This document shows positions 50,509 to 63,428 of a DNA stretch of 64,000 bases, piece by piece; within the stretch, counting starts at the first letter, position 1, and each line of letters opens with the position of its first letter. Origin of the DNA: Patellaria atrata CBS 101060 (taxonomy: Eukaryota); the NCBI GenBank assembly GCA_010093705.1, contig MU006089.1, forward strand, positions 477,570 through 541,569, written 5' to 3'. The notes under the pieces are model-generated. The model ran no database searches, was not told where the DNA came from, and saw only the letters and a list, made by a program, of their open reading frames with translations. The position numbers and the translations under genes are program-made.

Positions 50509-50968
50509 ATGCACTCTCTACGCAGTCTACGGACGCTCGCACGTCTATCGGACCCGCTCTCGCGCCACCCCCCACAACCCTCAACACCACGGCTCCTCTC
50601 ATCCCTCAGGTTCGATCGCACCCCCATCCCGCCCTCAACCTAACTAACCCCCCTCCCTTAGGTACCAGCGTCCCTTCTCCCTCTTCGTGCATCGACGACC
50701 ACACCTCGCACCCAGCACCCCTCCAGCAGCCCCTGTGGCTTCAAAAATCCCCAACCCCATCGTCACCCCCCTCGACCTCCTCCCCAAAATATCGTCCCAC
50801 CCTTCTCTCGCGGGGATCCAGGTCCGCAACGGGCCGCGCGCGACGTACGATCCGAGCCACAGAGTTCGGAAGAGACGACATGGGTTTTTGGCACGGCTGA
50901 GGAGTCGAACGGGCAGGAAGATTTTGAAGAGGAGGAGGGCGAGGGGGCGGATTTGTTTGAGTCATTAG
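50509..50968 (+). CDS. MRPL34: Mitochondrial ribosomal protein bL34m
   Basis: Arg/Ser-rich presequence, one intron (~50610-50661), then the bL34 core [38 protein letters not shown]. Confidence 0.9.
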
Positions 50969-51471
50969 GGTCTTTTTTAAAGCAAAGTGATAGGATATTA
51001 GGGGAAGACGTGACTGTATTAGGGGGATGAGGACGAGGGAGGTGGGGTATATGTGCGGTAGTAGGGGGGTTGGACTGCTTGCTGAGATGGAAGTTGGTGT
51101 TGTAGGATATTCGATATATGGCGTCGGGGACTAGAAGATAAATGTATAATAGCACCTATTTACTCAAAAAAGTTACTGCAGCAGATATCCTGCCACAGCA
51201 ATTGATGTATACTATCTAAGGCCGGTGTCTTCTCTTATCATGCTTGGACCTCGTTAGTTACTTTACCTTCATCTGCATCAGTGACTAACTTGGTTACAGT
51301 CCATCTATTTCCCCCCTTTACACAACGCAACCCCCCTGTATACCCGTGAGTCATCCTCCAACATCTCCCTTTCGAGACGGTGCGGTACTCTAGTCCTATA
51401 AATTTTTGGGCTCTGTACAGCATGATCGATTTGTCCTTTTTCGTCATGTATACGATTCTTCAGTTTCAGAG

Positions 51472-51784
51472 TCCGACCGTTTCGTACAGTCGATTTATAC
51501 AGTCGTGTCAAGATATACAGTCATGTTAATACGTAAGGTCATGAGGTATCGATTTGTACGGTCGTGTCGATCTATACGGTCAAATAGGTGTATATATTCT
51601 ACCTATTTTGTACTGTCTACCTATTTTATACACTCTAGCTTTTTTATACACTCTACCCGTTTCGTATAGTACAGTCACTAGTCAACTATAACATCCTACA
51701 GTCTTTTACGGTTTAATAATTCTGCGCATTTCTAATATTCCGTACAGTCAGTCAACCCATCTGGTACAGTCAACTCATCTGGTA
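51472..51784. repeat. Degenerate 18-bp-period minisatellite
   Basis: Units: tcgatttatacagtcgtg / tcaagatatacagtcatg / tcgatttgtacggtcgtg; tctacctattttgtactg / tctacctattttatacac / tctagcttttttatacac / tctacccgtttcgtatag (51598-51669); cagtcaacccatctggta / cagtcaactcatctggta (51749-51784). Confidence 0.75.
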
Positions 51785-52060
51785 CAACCTACCCATCACC
51801 AACCCAACATAGTCTAGTACGGTGAAAGCAGTCCATTACCAAGCGTGTTATCCCAAGGAGCGGAAAGAAGGACACAAACCATACTCAGTACACCCAGGTA
51901 ATAATTCAAGGAATATATATTATCACTTTCCACTCATCTACATACAACCCAATGCATAACGCTATGCAAACACCTTCTATCGATATCTCATCTATCAATC
52001 TTCGTTCTATTCTCCAACTCTCCCCTACCTCTCCAACCCCATCACACATCTTCAACCCCC

Positions 52061-55000
52061 TTATTCCCCTTTAACTTTCCTCTCCCCCAACCCCGTCCGC
52101 ATAACCACATTCCGCTCCACCCACTTCAACGCCTCATCGATGCCAATAATCGGCGCACTGATCCACAGCACAGCCTTCCACTCATCCATATTCAGGGGCA
52201 CGATGGAGAAGAGGCCCTGTAGAAAGGGGATGTATAGGAGCGCGAAGTGTAGCGCCATGGAGAGCGCGATGGCGTAGATGAGGGGCATGTTTTTCCAGAG
52301 GGGGAGGGTGAGGAGGGATTCGGAAGAGGAGAGGGCGTTCATCGCGTTGAACATTTCGATGACGACGAGGCTGAGGGGAAGATGTGAGTGATTTGTGATT
52401 TGTGATTTGTGCTTTTTTTTGGGGGGAATGGGGAGCTTACATTGATAATGAGACGGTGGAAGCTGCTTTGGCATAGTCGTTGGAGAACATGTCACAACCG
52501 ATCTCTGGGAATTGGGTAGAGCAGCGGTGGAAGTGTCTCTGTTAAGTCATCAGTATTGATATATTGAGCGAGGATGGGTTAGGGAGCGATGGGGATTTAC
52601 CAATTGATAGAAGGAGATTTGAGGGCCCTCGGAATAAAACATAAACCACCACGCATACCCGAATACCGTCGCTGCACCCACATAAGTCCCGATAACCATA
52701 TACCTGAAAAACAACCAACCACCAACGAGGGCCTCATCCCTCTTCCGTGGAGGTCTCCTCATGACATCGTGATCCGGCGGATTAAAGCTCAGCGCTGTAG
52801 CGGGTAACCCATCCGTAACTAAATTCACCCACAGAAGCTGAACCGGAATCAGCGCTTCAGGCATCCCCGCCGCGGCAGTGAGGAAAATTGAAACGACCTC
52901 GCCGATATTCGAGGAGATGAGATATCGTATAAACTGTTGCGTGTTGTTATAAATCGATCTACCCTCCTCCACTGCGCTTTCGATCGTCGCGAAGTTATCA
53001 TCCGCAAGCACCATATCAGCGGCCAGTTTAGCGACATCAGTCCCGGAACCCATGGCTACGCCGATATCCGCTTTCTTGAGAGCGGGGGCATCGTTGACGC
53101 CGTCACCAGTCATAGCTACGACCTCGCCGGCCGACTGTAGGAGATCAACGAGTTTGGACTTGTGCGTTGGTTCTGTTCTAGAGAATAAGGAGGCGCGTTT
53201 GGCGGCCGCGAGCTTTTCGGACTCGCTGAGATCGTCAAATTCGCGACCGGTATAGCTCTTGCCGGTTAGGTCTTCATCGTAGCCGAATACTCCAATTTGA
53301 CGGCAGATAGTTTCGGCAGTGTTCTGGTTGTCGCCGGTGATGACGATAACTCGGATACCGGCTTGTCGGCACTGTCGGATTGATTCGGCGACCTCAGGTC
53401 GTGGAGGATCTAACATGCCAACGAGACCGACTAGAGTCATCTTCTGCTCGAGCTGGGTATATTCTTTGGATGTCTTAGCTGACTTGGTGAGAGGGTTTTT
53501 CTCGACATTGTCAACGCTTGCGAGAGCAATAACACGTAAGCCCCTATTTCCGAACTTGATAACTTCCCCCGAGATTAAATCTGCGAGTTTACGGTCGAAG
53601 GCTACTTTCTTCCCTCCTCTGCCGATGAGTGCATGGGAGCAACGGCTAAGGATCGATTCTGGGGCTCCTTTAACCAGTAGACGAGTGCCGCCGTGGCCCT
53701 TCACAAGTACAGACATACTCTTTCGATCTCTTGAGAATTCATATGTGGAGACTTTCGAACAACAGTCCTCGTACCATTGGCTCGCAGCATGGACCTTTTG
53801 GTCGGCCGACAACTGGCTATTCTCTTCATTCCGTTTGACGTCAGGGGTTCCAACTTTCTCAACCAAAACCCGAAGTGCGCCTTCCGTTGGCTCTCCTATT
53901 ATACTGTAAGTTTTACTTTTTGCATCATAAGAAAGTCTAGATTCGTTGCAAAGTGCCGCGATCTCCGTTAGTTGCCTCAAAGTCGGGTTTGATGAGGCTG
54001 TATTTTCCAGTACTTGGCCCTGGTAGCTGATCCTGCCATTAGGAGCGAAACTACTCCCCTCGACATCTATTTCTTCCAGGCCGTAACCGTCCTCGTTGAT
54101 GTGTACGATCTTGTTAACGCTCATTTGATTCGTGGTCAGGGTTCCAGTCTTATCTGAGCAGATTACGCTACAGCTGCCCAAGGTCTCAACAGAGGGGAGA
54201 CTGCGGACAACGGCGTTCTTCGCGGCCATCTTGCGGGTTCCGAGAGCGAGACAAGTGGTGATGACAACTGCTAAACCTTCCGGAATAGCAGCTACACCTA
54301 GCGAGACAGCGATCTAAACAAATTATTAGCATCGTTGATTATCACGGACGTAATCTGATACCCACCTTTAGATAATATATCGCGCCCTTTGTCCAGCCAC
54401 CATGAGAAGGGTCATTAAAGTTTCGAATATTGATGAGCCAGACCAAAATGCAGATACCAGTGATAACTTTGGCTAACATATCTCCGAAATCGTTCAATTT
54501 CTCCTTGAGTGGGGTAGGTTGTGATATCTGAGCTGTAATACTCTCATGAATATCTCCTATCGCAGTATTACCTCCAGTCAGGACGACCAACGCATTAGCG
54601 TGTCCCGTCACAACCGTCGTGCCTGAGAAAAGAATGTTGGTCTGATCCTGCTTTACAGCATCTTTGTCCTGAATTGGACTTGTGTCCTTTCCTACACTTT
54701 CACTCTCTCCGGTGAGGATAGACTGGTCCACGCTAAAGCTATTACTATGAATTGATAGCACCCTACAGTCGGCAGGTATCCTATCACCAATTGAAACTGT
54801 TATAATGTCCCCTGGAACCAATTCCTCAGCTTTGATTCTCTTGACCGCTCCATCGCGAATGACTTTTGCTTCATTGGCAGAGTATTCTTGAAGCGCCGCA
54901 ATAGCCTTTTCAGCGCTACTTTCTTGCGACACTCCAACCACGGCATTGAGGATTAGGATGGTAAGGATCTATCAATGAATACGTAAGAAACAAGTAGTTT

Positions 55001-55348
55001 GATGGTATTCTGGGGTTACGTACAACGGCAGGATCCACAAAAGCAGTCCAGCCGTCTCCTCCTTCGAAGAGCGCAAGGATGAATGATATTCCCGCCGAGC
55101 CCAGAAGTATCAATACAAGCTGGTCCTTGAATTGCTCAAGGATAAGCTCCCATAATGGTGTTGGAGGGTCTTCGGGAAGGGCTGAAAATCAATTAGCGCG
55201 GAAATCTCTCACTATAATCAAGTGTCATACCATTCGAGCCATGTTCTTTCCTAAGTGTTTCCACCTGTCGCTCCGTAAGGCCAGTTTCCTCAGAGACGTC
55301 GAAATGCTTCAGAACGTCCTTAACGGATCGCACATACGCAGCCTCCAT
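52061..55348 (-). CDS. SERCA-type (P2A) Ca2+-transporting P-type ATPase
   Basis: [68 protein letters not shown]. Five introns. Confidence 0.96.
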
Positions 55349-56127
55349 ATTATAAACCTGATCTCAACGTGAACCTCTCTATGCATCCGGTAAGAGACAA
55401 TTGTCGGATGTGGTCCGTAAAATTTCCGTTTTCGTCAAGGTATGTAGGCGATCGGGTAGTTCTACAAAAGGTAGATCCGAAGAAGAGGTCGTGAGCTTTC
55501 AGAGCATTACCAACAATAAAGATAGACGAAAGAGTGACTATGGTTCCCGAAAAGTGAGTGCAGCTGCATATGTGTGCAAAAAGTAGGCAGCAATAAGATC
55601 TTGACGGAGGGGCAAATAGTACGTAAAGTGGAACAAGTGTCTTCTTTTCGGGACGGACATTATTGAGGCTCTTTCGTTCGGCTTCAAAAACCGTCAGCCA
55701 AGCCCAGGTCCGACCAAAGAGACCCTGCACGTTCACGCCTAGAACTTCCCGCTTGCTACACGTGGGAGAAGATTTGCAGAGATTTGCGAACATATCCATA
55801 CCTTAATGTGGTCTATTTGCATATCCATCTAACTAGAGGTTTACCCTACCACGTCTTCCTACGTCTCGAACACCACGCCAAATCTATCTAGACAGAGGTA
55901 AGAAATGTCATTCATTCAACAGACCTACAACTGGCCTTCTTATTCCCGAAACGCCGAAGTTTCCTGTCCACGCTATGCACAAAATGACAGACTGAAGACC
56001 AGCCCCTTAATGCTTGGAACAAAAGTCCTTGAGTGAAGACTATTTCCCTCCAAAAAATATTCGTAAACCCTTCTAAGATTAGCGTATTCGTCATTAATGT
56101 AGGTAAAGCGGAATAAAAATATTTAAA

Positions 56128-56227
56128 NNNNNNNNNNNNNNNNNNNNNNNNNNNNNNNNNNNNNNNNNNNNNNNNNNNNNNNNNNNNNNNNNNNNNNNNN
56201 NNNNNNNNNNNNNNNNNNNNNNNNNNN
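56128..56227. other. Assembly gap (100 N)
   Basis: Run of 100 N. Confidence 0.99.
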
Positions 56228-56249
56228 TGTTTGTCGGTATTAAGCCAGT

Positions 56250-59015
56250 TTACATGACCATGTTGTGGTCACGGCTGGCGCAGTATTCCACGATAAGACG
56301 TTCAAGATCAAGTAGAGTATGCGGTTTGGTCAAGAAACCCTTCATGCCAACGTTCGCGGCTCGTTCGAGAGCTCCGTCCGTGACATCTGCAGTAATGGCG
56401 AGTATCGTTGGTTCAATCCGCCGTCTGAGGCCCGGGGAGTCGTCCGCATGCATCCCAAGAATGCGTTCTGTGGCCTCATAACCGTCCATGAACGGCATCC
56501 ATAGATCCATCAGGATGACTTCGATATCTTGGCCTTCACCTCGGTCGACAGACATCTGTCGGACTGCTTCAGCACCGTCGTATGCTTCATATATCGTTGT
56601 ATAGCCAAGTTTTCTTAGCATGTTGACGAGTAGAGAGCGATTGATCTTGTTGTCTTCCGCGACCAGAAACCGTATAGGATGCTTCTTAGCCAAATTGCGA
56701 TCGAATGTGACCTTTTTCGAAGACATACGACGATTCATAGGTCTACTGTTTCGTCTACCGGGAGTAGTTGATTGAGGAGGAGAGGGAATGCTTAGTCGTT
56801 GTGGTGTAGGGTTCGATGTTTGTGACTGTGCGTTAATAGCTTCGCGCTGCAATGATGAGGGAGGAAGAGGAGACGCATGACGGGCTGGGGATACGATGCC
56901 CTTGGCATCTGGTACGTCCAAGTCTGCAGACTGCCTTGACCTTGTAGATGGCGTAGGAGAACTAAAGGGTGAGCCTGCTCTGCTGCACACATCCCCTGGG
57001 GTCAAGGGAACTCGTATCTCGAATTCTGTACCCCTATTTTGACCTGATGTCTCTGATCTTGTGCAGTGTAGGTCACCTCCAAGCTTACGAGCAAGTCCTT
57101 TTGCTACAAGTAAGCCAAGTCCTAAGCCTTCACTCTGACGAGTTAAGGAGACATCTTCACGGGCGAAAGGCTTGAACAGGTTCGGGAGGAACGCTTTTGG
57201 AATGCCAGGCCCGGTATCTTTCACGTTGATCACCACATATCGTGACTTTGGGCTGAGCCTAGCGGCTACGTTGATAGTACCTCGATGTGTAAATTTTATT
57301 GCGTTATGCACTACGCAGGAAATGACTTTAGAGAGGTCCTTCTCGTCAACTATTCAATAATTAGTGAAAATAGTATTAAATGTTGACAAGTTTAACCTAC
57401 TCAACAGGGTCTCCGGAACCCCCGGAACGACAGACCACTCGATTGTCTTAGTACTCTCATTTCCGCTAGAGCTCCTTGTCCGGACTTCAATTATCTCACC
57501 GTTATCCGTTTCATGGGCGATCGCTGACTCTGGGCGTCCTCCAACCTTCAGTGAGTCGTTCACAACATACTGTAGGACATCCCGAACGTGTGTGTAACGT
57601 AAGCCTGGGGCAACAGTCCGTTCAAGAGGAAAGTCCATGGATCGAGGAGAATTCTCTCGCGCCAGTTGTTCGCTAACCAATGCAGATTGAGTCACCGCGA
57701 AAGATTCAAATGCCGCATAACTGGGTAGTGGGCTGGGCTGTGATCTTGAAGCGACGCTTGATTTCGTAGCTTGAATTTTGGCAGCATTACCTGACTCCCA
57801 GGCCACGCTCTTTCTACGTCGCTTGTTGTGTCCAAAATTGATTGGCATATTGTTTCCAGTAACGACGATATCAGGCCTTCGTTCCTTTTCACATGGAACT
57901 TTATCCTCATAATCAGCATCAAATGGAGTATGCGGAGTGTCCGGAAATCCCATATTCATGTCATAAGCATGCACAACATTGTCCGCAGCTTCGACAGCTC
58001 TTCTAGAGCTGTCTGGTATATTGTTTAGCCGAGGGAGACACGGGGAGATTACAGTTGACTTACCCTGAACGATTTCGATATTCTCTTTTAGCGTTTCGAA
58101 CACTTTCCTAAGGCGGGCGTCTTTTAGACCTTCTGCTGCCTCCTGAACAGTGCCATGCATTACATCTAGCATTCCCACTATACCCTGCATAGGGGTTCTG
58201 AGCTCATGGGAAAGACTCCGTGCATACGGTTTGAGAGACTGAGCTGCAGAAATAGCCTCGTGAGGTATCACCCGGCTTGGATCCTTTGATAGGGCATCTG
58301 GTCTTGGGAAAACATCACCAGAGAGTAGACGTTCGAGGATCACATCTTCAAGTGCGTGAAACATCATTTCGATATAACCCCAGCCTAGAGTTCGCTTCCT
58401 AGCTCCTTCTACCGACCACATCACACCGAAGTGGGCAAAACATTTTCCATCGGCGAAAAGTGGAATTCCGATATAACTTTCTCCTTTGAATGGCAGTACA
58501 TTTGGGTTTTCTGTGACAAATTGGTCGAGCATTTCCGGAATGATGAAAACTTTGTCGTGCTTCATATACGCACATGGACAGCTATATGCGTGATATTTGA
58601 TGTTTTTCATCGTTTTCTTGACCCCTCCGGTGGTACCATCGTTGGCATACATCGCAACGCCCAACAGACAGGATCCGGGATGTCCGATAGGGGGCATCTC
58701 AACGGCGGAATCTTCATCGTCGGCCAGAATTCTTTTGGAAACAAATGCAAGCTGCGCACCCGCAAGGTCGGTGAGTCCCTCCACAACCACTTCCCAAAAG
58801 TCCTCAGTGGTAGTTGTCCGTAACCGCTGCTTCAACTCAATCAACTTCTCCGCCGCGTTATTTTCAGCCACAACAAAATGCTTCCTGACCTCTTCTCGAA
58901 ACCCGGCATCATGCTCATGAACAACAACTCCAGGAACTGGTCGCGATAAACAAAGTGTCTTTCTTGGTAGTATGTCCGGCGGTTCGTCCCGCGAGCTCTG
59001 CTCGCCACCACCCAT
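56250..59015 (-). CDS. Hybrid sensor histidine kinase (GAF-like sensor, HisKA, HATPase_c, receiver)
   Basis: H-box LSHELRTPMQG, N-box HNAIKFT, G1 DTGPGI, G2 GLGLGL, receiver AEDNKIN...LMDLWMP...KP. Introns at 58013-58063 and 57350-57400. Confidence 0.93.
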
Positions 59016-61600
59016 TTTTCGGCAATTTCTCCAGTTTCCAAATGTTACTTTTCAAATGCTCGTTTTGTTGCACCAGAGCCTTTAGGGGTTAATGACGGTC
59101 TAGTGGTGAGTAAACTTCTTTACCAAATTTCTAAAGAAAACAGATGTTTGAAACAAGAGGTGGAGGAAGATCTGCTTCTGGTGATCTTGGAAAAGGTGGG
59201 AAAAACGAGGGTCAAAGTTCTGGAGTGGAAATGATCGACTCATCAGCCCGAACATTCAGCGGTCTGGAGAAGAACGATGTGCGAAGCTGGACCCAGGGCG
59301 TACCAAGGCTACCTTCTTGGTTCTAGGGCGAACCTGAGGCTGACTAAGGGTCGTATCTTGACCTGCAAGTACTTTCTTATTAGCTCCGTGTCGGTTTGGA
59401 TATTCGAGGTGGAGCTTCAGAAAGCTGGACCATATCTTCTCGTAAGGGTTGAAGGTAAGGTAGTTTTAAAGAAGAGCACGAGAAGAGACAAGATGGGAGC
59501 TACAAATCCACGAGTAACTGGTACAACTCCGTACGATAAGCTCACACATATGGTACAAGTACAAAATCTCACCATTGATTGTTATTAGGCGGGACTAGCA
59601 AAGACAGGGAAAAGGCGGAGGGAATAATCACAAAACCGCTTTCTCGAAAGGGCACTGTCTGGATAGTTTCTCACAATAATTGGATAGAGTAGTGAGGGGG
59701 CCCCCTTGGGGGTAAGTCAGGCCCTGAAGGGGGAGCGGGCACTGGCAGGCAAAGATGGGTTGTGTGTCGGCGGTGGTACTGTGTACTGTGGGTTCTGCGG
59801 AAAGTCTGGAAGGGGCTTAGTGGGTACTCAAGCACTTTTACTGTAGCACGGACAATTTGTTGGTGGTTTGTCTTTCGACCGTTCTAGACGCGTTTCAGGT
59901 TCCTCATCTTTGCTGTGCCAACCCACCTGCGCCCTCATGAACCAGTTCTTCGGTATCGTGGATTCGTGGAAATCATGCTTTTTCCATCTTATTCTTGACT
60001 CTCATATCATCAATATCCTCGATTGTAATCATCCAAATCATGTCGTGTGCTCTGTGTGCATTGCAATATCTCTGCAGAGGAAGCGAAAAAGGGGTCTGCT
60101 TCAGTCTTCAGATACAGTAACTGCACCCTGATGGATCATCGATGAGGTGATATAACATGTAGCTTGAAAAGATTACGTATGCTTGCGATCGGGGGATCAA
60201 CGGCGCGAGAACTCTAAAGAAGGATAAATGGCCGATCATGCCGATAAATCTGATGCTTGTCCAGCACTTTTCTGAGTGTTTACCGTGATTTCTGGCAGGG
60301 ACATACTTGTACTGTATGCAGTTGGAGTTCTAGAACGCACCTTCAAGCCGTTTACCCATAACAGCTTCCTGCGAGCCTTGGCTTTCGTCAGAGGCGTTTA
60401 TGCAAGGCTTGGTTCAATCTACTACTGCTGGCACGTCGTAGCACGACAAAAAGCAGTTCCAAAAGAGGACGACCAAGCCGAGAAGGCCATACTTACAAAA
60501 TCACAACAGAGTCAATCCTATTTACGTTGCAGCCGACAAAGCCGAAGCCTTCCATTTTTGCTCAAAAGCAGACGAGAAATAGATCACCAGGGATTGTAGA
60601 AAACTCACAGAGCACTGCGAAGTTGCTTCAGCGATATTCAAAATGGATCCACTAAATTTCAATATGAAGTAAAGTAAATGAAACTCTAAGAAACTCTTCT
60701 AGCTTTTATTTCTGATTATGTTGTGCGTTGTAAGAGTTCTGCACGCTCTGGTGGAGTTATCCCTCTTCCTTACTGCACAACAAGACTATAGTAGCTAGCT
60801 TATATACGCTAGTTCTATCTTTGTGCTGCGCTCACCAGACCTTCTTTTCTCATTATATCTGAGGATTCCATCACGCTCCGGTTATTCACGTGCCGTATGA
60901 CCGGCCTATCATACTTTTCTGAAAAGATCTACTTTCCGCCTAGCAATTCTCGATGCGTTTCCTAATAATCCCGTCTGACGATTGGTGCGTCTCTTAGCAC
61001 AAGATGTTAGGGTAATGTCTCAATAACGGGAATAAAACACATCGAGCCGTTCCAGTCGCTCCACTACTCGGCATACGGACCCTTTCCGATTGACTTAAGT
61101 TTATGTTCATGACAGATAATCAGATGTTTCCCTTACAGGTTCAGTAATTCCTAGATCAAGGAGCCTCCACGAACAAGTTGCTGTGCTACTTTGATGAGAG
61201 GTTTTCGGGAGACTTAGGTTAGAAGCTGATGTAACGATACGCAAAGGCATTTGAGTATCCTTTTTCTAGTCACCCCGATATTCTTCACTTTTGGTCTCTA
61301 TTCTCGTGGCTTTCAAGCACCATTCCCTTTACTCAGATATGAGGATAAAAGAAATTGTAGGAGATAGGAGATATGAATTTCTGTGTTACGAATCCTCCGG
61401 AACTCCTCAAAATCCTGTTCGGTGGTTCTTGTTCTCATGATGAAAGATGTCGACGTCACGTTTCGGTCTTCAACCCCGCCTCCGAGTAACAGCCCGAATG
61501 AATCCATCGGACGCGGATTAGAACGGTAAACAGCCACAATGATGTGATTAAGTACCGATTAGATCCTATCCTGATGCCCGTGTTCCCGTCCCTTAGCGCT

Positions 61601-63170
61601 CTAGAGAGCCCCAAATTCTGCGTCCAGCATAGCGTCCCCCCTCGTCAGGAACTGGATATCGTCCTCTAGCGGTTCTACAAGCTGCTGCAGACGAGCGGCA
61701 ACTTCATCGACCTCCTTCCATACCCTTAATAAATTTCGCCCAACTATTTTTGCGCAATCCTCTTCGCTCACACCTCGCCTCAAAAGCTCTGCTACCAGAT
61801 CTGGGAATTTTGATACATCCTCCAATCCCCTAGGAGTGCTCTGGATTCCATCATAGTCCGTTCCAATGCCCACGTAGTCATACCCTATCAAGTCACCGAT
61901 ATGCATGATATGGCTCACCACATGCTCAAGTGTTGAGTTCTTCGGATAGAAATCCGGGATCCCCGTGGACGAATTCGATGCCGTGCACGACACGAAGTCA
62001 GGGCTGAAGTTCACCATCACAAGTGAGATTCTCTCCTTAACGAGATGCAGAATCTCATCTGGTACATTGCGGGGATGCGGACACAGCGCATGTGCCGAAC
62101 TGTGGCTGAATATGGGAGGTGCCGCGCTGCCTGAGATGTTCTTCTCTCTGTTTCCAACGAGCGTATCGCGCATTGTCTCCGGACTCACGTGAGAGAGGTC
62201 AACGATCATGCCCATACGATTCATCTCATGGATTAGTTCAGCACCGGCAGGGCTAAGACCGTGCCAGAGAGGCGTTGCCACTTCGATCTCGCCTTCCTTG
62301 TTAGGTATGACAGCTGCGTCGGCGTAGATATTGTGGCAGTTCCATGTCAGCGTTGCATAACGAACGCCTAGACTATGGTAGAGTCGGAGAGTAGAAAGAG
62401 AATTGCCGATTTGATGCAGGCCTTCGATTGCCAGGGGCGAGATAAGATTCCCAGCTTTGAAAGCACGGAGAGCGGAGCGGTAGGAGGGGGTTGGGGTAAA
62501 GACTTTGGGATATAGGGCGGCCAGACGATGGAAGGCGTCGATTTGTTCCAACGTTGCTCGGACGTCTAAGTGTATTAGTTGAGTTGGAAAAGAGTATCCA
62601 TTCTACGGATCTAGATCTTCTGAGAGTTTGAATCTCATGCATGAGGTTTTCAATTTGACTCACAGGGCGCATAATTCTCGTCCGAGAAATCAGTAACATT
62701 CTCCGGGCAAGGAAGAAATGCACTCCAAAATGCTCCTCCCTGCTTGCCAGTTTGAAGTCTAGGAAGATCAAAATGTCCGGGAAAGCCGCCGTTCTCAAAT
62801 GGCTCCTTGAATCCTGAACCATATATATGATTCTTATGAAGAAATCTTACTAAGATTAACAGATCGTTGTGACCATCTGTACTTTTGTCAGATTGTCTGA
62901 TTTTGAAGTTTCAAAGTAATCATGGAAACTACCTATCAGGGGATTCTTGTCTAGTATGCTCTTTGCTCTTTCTTCAATGGATAATTTTCCGAATGATAAC
63001 TGATCCCATGATCTGGACCAACTCGTAGGGAGAAACAACCTGAGACTGAAGCCGAGAAAGACAATGAGGACAACATTTCGCACTACTCCCCAGTGTTTAG
63101 ACTTAGCTTGCTTTGTTCCTGGAGCACGGATAGGTGCGGGTTCCATCAACACTCTCTTTTCGTCCATCAT
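61601..63170 (-). CDS. Membrane dipeptidase (peptidase M19, renal dipeptidase family)
   Basis: N-terminal TM, PLI/DGHNDL, GHFDLPRL, IEGLHQIGNS, TLTWNCHN, VDLSHVS, FSHSSA, HPRNVPD, GIGTDYDG. The start may be 63209. Confidence 0.92.
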
Positions 63171-63428
63171 ATAGAAATTAGATGAAAATCTGGGAAGTGG
63201 ATCTTTCATATCGATTCATTTCTCAATGTCTGAAAGCATTATATAGGTATATACTTATTACTACAGCACATAAACAAACTGACGTCGGAGTTAACTGTAG
63301 ACCCCGGAGGGAGCTCAGGCCAACTACGACAGGGCGTTGCGGCCCGGGAAGCTTCAAAGGTCCTCTGTTGTCACAGCAAACCCATCTCGAAATAATCGAT
63401 ACGTTCACGTCCTGGAATTGACATCAAG

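Noticed and set aside
59100..61560. Telomerase RNA or other ncRNA in the long intergenic region
   Set aside because: No TAACCCTAA-type template was seen, only partial matches (TTAGGGTAA near 61007, TTAGGTTAG near 61215). No tRNA or snRNA signature was recognised.
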